A stretch of DNA of 64,000 bases, from the NCBI GenBank assembly GCA_964016885.1, contig OZ024741.1, positions 172,546,001 to 172,610,000 on the forward strand, written 5' to 3'. The translations under genes were made by a program, and so were the position numbers. Positions within the stretch are counted from its first letter, which is position 1. Every line of letters starts with the position of its first letter. This document shows positions 59,876 through 64,000 of the stretch, in pieces. The notes beneath the pieces are model-generated. The model was given only the letters and a program-made list of their open reading frames with translations, was not told the DNA's origin and searched no databases. The stretch is from Eledone cirrhosa. Lineage: Eukaryota.

Positions 59876-61360
59876 GTACGAAGAAAAACTTTGACTTGCT
59901 AACTAACTACCTTCTCGAAAGATATAGGAATGGATAAATGTTCATAAATGAATGTGAATCAAGGAAAAACTACAAGCCAATCTAGCAACATCTCTATAAA
60001 TGGCCTGTTAGTTTCAACGGTATCTGACGAGGACTGCTACTGATAATTAATCATAGATGTAAATATATCTTATAATGGAATTTGTAACAACGAACAAGTA
60101 GCCAGGGAATATGACATCCGAATAAGAAACATATGGTCTTCTGAACTCTCTGTGAACAAGAAATCAGTTGATGCTGACACCAGCATTCGACTACTTGACT
60201 GTACGTTAGACGAGATCCGAAATATTGTTGTTAAAACCGGAAAAGTTCTAACCGGACCAGAAATGTTGACATTAACAGTAACATTGAAACAGTTACTTGA
60301 AACGTAAACAGGGAAGCAGTGGCTTAACAACAGTCCAAACAACATTTGAGTGTGGTATCATACCCGTGCGATAACCTCTACGAACCAACAAGTGAAGAAG
60401 CAAATCTATGGAACAGGTCTGTCTACATGAGGCAGATAACATCATGAGAGTTGGGAGGTAGCTCCTTGAGAAATACTCCCTGCGTGATAACCCGAACCTC
60501 ACACCAAGGGAAATTCCGCAGCAATACCACAATGACTCCATAGATGAAAAGTTGCATGCTTATCAGCAAAAGATCCTGGATGGTTTTGTTGCCAGAAAGC
60601 TTCAAAGTGTGAATAACTTAGATAAGCAAAATAGTCTGTCTTGGACTAACAACTTGTACATTGGCTTTCACTTTGAAAGATATGATTTTCCAATCGCCCC
60701 CGCCCCCCACACCAAAACAAGAAAGGAACAAGAAATAACAACGAAATAACAACAAACACTTAGATGGAATCTGTCGAGAGGATAGCCACGAAAATATACA
60801 AATAAAAAGTTATAGTAATGTAGAAGACATATGCATACATAATATGAACGAATTCTGGTGGAATGTTCCAGACAAAACCCCAATTACAGACCAGGCACAG
60901 TGATATGGGACAGAATAAAGAAGCTATGTACAGTTGTGGAAATCAGCTGCCTAGCAGATATCAATATAATGCTAAAGTTTAGTGAAAGGAAGAATATTTA
61001 TGCTAAACTAAAGAGGAATCTGCAGATACTCGCCTTTAAATTTGCGATTATTGGGGCTAGGGCTCTAGGATATGTTACTAACTGTCTCAAATCACAGAAT
61101 CAGAAAGAAAACGGCTAATTAGGAAGTTGCAAATACAGATTATTAATGGAACTGTAACAATATGTAAAACATGAAACAATTGCATATACACATTTATAGA
61201 TACAGAAACATATGCACGACTACACATATAATTGAAAACATACACACACATAGACACACACACACATAAATTAGCACATACAGACTTACATATGTATTTA
61301 CTTAGATGATATCTAAATTTCAATGAAAGGGTCTTGTTTGTATTTTAGAAACCGGCTCTC

Positions 61361-61419
<59 letters not shown>

Positions 61420-61448
61420 TTCTCTACTGGTGAAAATTTATAAAATAA
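59876..61448 (+). mobile_element. Older, 5'-truncated R4/Dong copy
   Basis: Parallels 58280-59850. Retains RPGTVIWDRIKKLCTVVEISC (RLE). Its last bases appear to resume at about 61872-61887, after a SINE dimer. Confidence 0.8.
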
Positions 61449-62276
61449 TTGTTTCTACTTTTGGCACAAGGCCAGCAGTTAATCAGTGCATTACTGGTAC
61501 TTTATTTTATCGACCCGGTGAGGATGAAAGGCAAAGTTAACCTCGGCGGGATTTGAACTCAGATCATAAAGGGAGGTAACTCTATGTTTCAAAGCATGGC
61601 GTCCGACCCTCTACCGATACTGTCAATCCACCGCCTTTATAAAATAAGGGTTTCTTATATAGGCACAAGGCCAGCAATTTTGGGGGGAGGGAAAAGTTGA
61701 TGAAATTTACCCCAGTGTGTGACTGGTACTTTATTTTATTGACGCCGTAAGGATGAAAAGCAAAGTTAACCTCGGCGGGATTTGAACTCAGATGATAAAG
61801 AGCCGTAACTCTATGCGACAAAGCATGGCGTCCGACCCTCTACTGATACTGCCAATCCACCGCCTTTATAAAATAATAAAACCAGGACATACATATTTAC
61901 TTACATACATATCAGTAGAGGGTCGGACGCCATGCTTTGTCGCATAGAGTTACGGCTCTTTATCATCTGAGTTCAAATCCCGCCGAGGTTAACTTTGCTT
62001 TTCATCCTTACGGCGTCAATAAAATAAAGTACCAGTCACAGACTGGGGTCAATTTCATCAACTTTTCCCTCCCCCCCCCAAATTGCTGGCCTTGTGCCTA
62101 TATAAGAAACCATTATTTTATAAAGGCGGTGGATTGACAGTATCGGTAGAGGGTCGGTCGCCATGCTTTGAAACATAGAGTTATCTCCCTTTATGATCTG
62201 AGTTCAAATCCCGCCGAGGTTAACTTTGCCTTTCATCCTCACGGGGTCGATAAAATAAAGTACCAGTAATGCACTG

Positions 62277-62280
<4 letters not shown>
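61449..62280. mobile_element. SINE family 1 dimer (minus, 61449-61866) and its inverted duplicate (plus, 61910-62280)
   Basis: 61480-61849 is the reverse complement of 61910-62280, which ends at (TA)n. Confidence 0.88.
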
Positions 62281-62329
<49 letters not shown>

Positions 62330-62802
62330 ACTAGTAACCTTTTCTCATAGAAAACAAAAACTGATATAAAACTGAAGCACGAAATGGAGATTTATGAGAT
62401 ACTCAAAGGCTCCTTAAACGAATTTTATTTCGGTTGATATAAAATCGTTCGTTTCAGTATATGCGTCTGTTTCGATCGATTTACAATATAACTTAATATG
62501 ACCAATTGCTTCGTCTTTCAACAATAATGGACGTTCGTGCATTCCTCCAGTTTACTGGGATGGTTTAACACTGAAAAAAGATTTAGACATTAAAGAGGAA
62601 TGTAAAGGTCTGAGGTGGCACAATATTATCTTATTTAAATATTGTATGTCGAAATTTTCTGGCAGTTTTATTCCCTCCCAAAAGGTTTCGTATCAACGAC
62701 CTATTTACAAATGTAAAATTTTCCTCACCCTATTTATAAGTTGATTAAGATAAATTAAAACGTACTCTGTTGAGTCCATATGCGTCTTACTGACCATATA
62801 TT

Positions 62803-62901
<99 letters not shown>

Positions 62902-64000
62902 GATTGCGAATCCAATTTTCTAACCACTCAGCCACACGTCTTCACCACACATATAAAATTTGTGATTTCGATACCCAGACCGGGCAATGCGTTATATCCT
63001 TGAGCAAGACACTTTATTTCATGTTTCCGACCGATAGATAGTATTAGCAATTGGAAAGACTAATGGAAACATTGTTTCCTCGGTCCGATTTGTGTGTGTG
63101 TTCTAGTCCTGTAGAAGTCATTTCTATATAAAATAAAAAATGCCTATATACATATATATATATTGGGGGAGGGAGGGGATACCTGTAGCTTTCTTGTCGG
63201 CTCTCTCACCGTAAAAAAAAAATTACCACTGTGCATATGGGAGAGTAAGAATACTCTGAATAATTTATTTCAAATCTATACTGTGATTCAGATGATGTGC
63301 TTCTATGTATTAGCTATTTCGGTTATTTAAATACAGACAATCAGTAAACATGTTTATTCACGGAACATGTCATACTGCATGGAATAGTGGTGGATTCTGA
63401 ACTACGGCAAATTCATTTTGATGAACTTAAGAGATTTTCCTAAACAACAAAATAGCCCTTTAATTTAATAGATGACTGGATTAAGACAAAAATGTGGATA
63501 TATCTAAATTTAGAACTTATATACAAAAGTGTGAGGAAATATTCCGCATGTCAAACCTTATGATTCAAGTGTACTTAATATATCTGCCACATTTAAGACA
63601 AACTTGACAAGTCTGTTTCAAAACACAAAATGAAATATCTAATGAAAGAATCCTCAACTATCAGAAAATAATTTCAATGTTTTTGTTGTTATAACATGTA
63701 AAGACAGCAGTTGAAGAAACCGCAACAGCAGACCTGTCAAATCTCCCTGTCCGACGGAGACATCTCCCACCCAATTGTAACGTTGGTGATGATGGCTAAC
63801 GATCGTTAGGTTACGGAAACAGATGCTAGGTGGGTATATATCAATGTGTGTGACGAACAGATGCGGGCGCGCGCACACACACACACACACATTGTAAATC
63901 TCTTCACTTAATTGCGAAACAGTTCTACCAAAAGCTGTCTGGATGTTGATAGTTATCATAATTCGGTTTGTAATTTATCCTTTTAATTGAGTCAAGCAAG

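Overview
AT-rich, gene-poor eukaryotic DNA, most likely from an octopod cephalopod (inferred from the SINE types and microsatellite load). No host gene can be called with confidence. The window is a pile-up of retroelements nested in (TA)n and (TACA)n microsatellites. It holds two autonomous Penelope-like (PLE) families with RT plus a C-terminal GIY-YIG endonuclease: a near-intact Hydra-like copy at 17758-22328 and Nematis-like copies, best at 44792-47246. It also holds R4/Dong, RTE, Tx1/L1 and CR1 LINE relics, a decayed Gypsy with a nested mariner, hAT-type MITEs, a non-autonomous Helitron and two tRNA-derived SINE families. The main hidden signal is about 20 type I hammerhead ribozyme motifs from about 9 distinct sequence families. 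Several sit in short non-coding, more-than-unit-length repeats that resemble retrozymes or non-autonomous PLEs. One of these (about 420-450 nt) has covarying stems and a conserved ATGCAAAT octamer. There are also about 10 long fold-back inverted repeats, an in-frame TAG between RT and EN shared by two Nematis-like copies, and a near-identical duplication of 1-2000 at 15125-17041.
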